This document shows positions 62,790-64,000 of a stretch of DNA of 64,000 nucleotides, piece after piece. The position numbers and the translations under genes were made by a program. The stretch is from Thermoproteota archaeon (lineage in GTDB: Archaea; Thermoproteota; Thermoprotei_A; Sulfolobales; Ignisphaeraceae), in contig JAUQPB010000001.1 in the NCBI GenBank assembly GCA_030550585.1, positions 224,001 through 288,000 of the forward strand, given 5' to 3'. The notes beneath the pieces were generated by a model. That model did no database searches, was not told the origin of the DNA, and saw only the letters and a list, made by a program, of their open reading frames with translations. Every line of letters starts with the position of its first letter. Within the stretch, counting starts at the first letter, position 1.

Positions 62790-63999
62790 TGACTATCATC
62801 TCTCTGAAGCTACCGCCTGGAGGAAGTGTTGGAAGAGCTTTTTCGTCCCTTTGAACGGGAACCCTGATAACCGCAGGCATATTCTCTCTAATAGCATTTT
62901 TCAAAGCTATCTCAAGATCTTCATATGACTGGGCATCAAAGCCTAGCGCTCCAAAGCCTTGTGCAAGCTTCACAAAATCTGTTGCAGGCCCTATGTCCAC
63001 AGCTATTATCCTCTTATTGAAGAAGAGGTCTTGAACTTGTCTAACTAAGCCAAGCGTCCTATTATCGAACACAACAGCTATCACAGGTATGTTTTCGTCA
63101 ACAGCTGTGCCAAGATTGTTCATCGTCATTAAGAACGAGCCATCTCCATCTAGGTCAACAACAATTTTATCCGGCCTAGCAACCTTAGCGCCGATGGCTG
63201 CTGGTAAGCCGAATCCCATTGTACCCATCCCACCAGATGTTAAGAATGTTCTCGGTTCAAATACTTCCCAGAAGACCCCGGCCCACATCTGATGAGAGCC
63301 CACACCTGTTGTGACTATGGCGTCTCTTGGCAAAATGTTTCTAATTGTCTTCATTATCTTCCATGGCTTCAAACCCTTTCCATCATCACGATAGTATATC
63401 TGCGAGTAGTACTCTTTGTATTCTATAACCTTTCTCAGCCATTCACTTCTATCTTTTTGGGAGCCCAACATGTTCACAGCTTTTATGAGTTCTCTTAGAC
63501 CCTTTCTAACATCGGCTACAATATATGATTCTACAGGTAGATAGGAAGATAGCTTGTAGATGTCTGTAGGGTCGATGTTGATCAGTATCAACTTCTTTTT
63601 AGTGTCTATAACATCTCTGATATTCGGAATGGTTCTGTCGCTTAACCTAGCACCAACAACTAGAACCACATCAGCATCCATAAACGCTTTATTTGCTTCC
63701 GCCCTTCCGTAATAGCCCATCATACCTATGTACAGTGGGTAGTCATTGGGTATAGCTGATTTGCCTAGCAATGTTGAGACTATGGGCATTCTAAGCATTT
63801 CAGCCAAAGTGATTATCTCCTCTGTTGCAGGTGACCAAACTGCCCCTGCCCCAACAAGCATTAAAGGTCTTTCAGCTTCGATCAATAGCCTCGCCGCTTT
63901 TTTAACCTTTTCAGGGTCTATAACCTCTGGAAACTCTCTATAGCCGTTAAACGATGTGCCATCGAACCATTCTATTTTATTTTCATCAACCTCTTCATT
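62767..63999 (-). CDS. ilvB: acetolactate synthase large subunit, 5' end outside window
   Basis: VGARLSDR, VGSHQMW, SGGMGTMGFGLPAAIGA and GDGSFLM..N TPP motif. Confidence 0.96.
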
Positions 64000-64000
64000 A

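Overview
AT-rich archaeal chromosome segment, most likely a hyperthermophilic crenarchaeon (Thermoproteota, Desulfurococcales-like; this is an inference from gene content). Core genes occupy about 1-18.8 kb (pyrG, m5C methyltransferase, geranylgeranyl reductase, DGGGP synthase, mvk, thrS, radA) and about 49.7-64 kb (nreA, NAC, beta-CASP RNase, dtdA, ilvD-cimA, ilvC-ilvH-ilvB). A roughly 17 kb mobile element is integrated in tRNA-Arg(CCG) and bounded by a 45-bp att duplication (18830-18874 and 35946-35990). It carries an intact tyrosine integrase, matching TGTTTCAG-N14-CTGAAACA palindromes at both ends, an 8-copy iteron array beside an unknown basic protein, and a large Ig-domain surface protein. 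It also carries the best novelty candidate: a compact operon of AbrB, Zn-ribbon, type IIG-like restriction-modification enzyme with a C-terminal Ig-like tail, and a protease-less BrxL ATPase, with no other BREX genes. A second, decaying accessory zone (about 36-49.4 kb) holds two cassettes of secreted protein plus membrane protein/permease plus ABC ATPase (archaeocin-like), together with tnpB and HEPN remnants. Four C/D-box sRNA candidates and one GC-rich structured ncRNA candidate lie between genes. Several genes are broken at single-base runs, which may be assembly errors.
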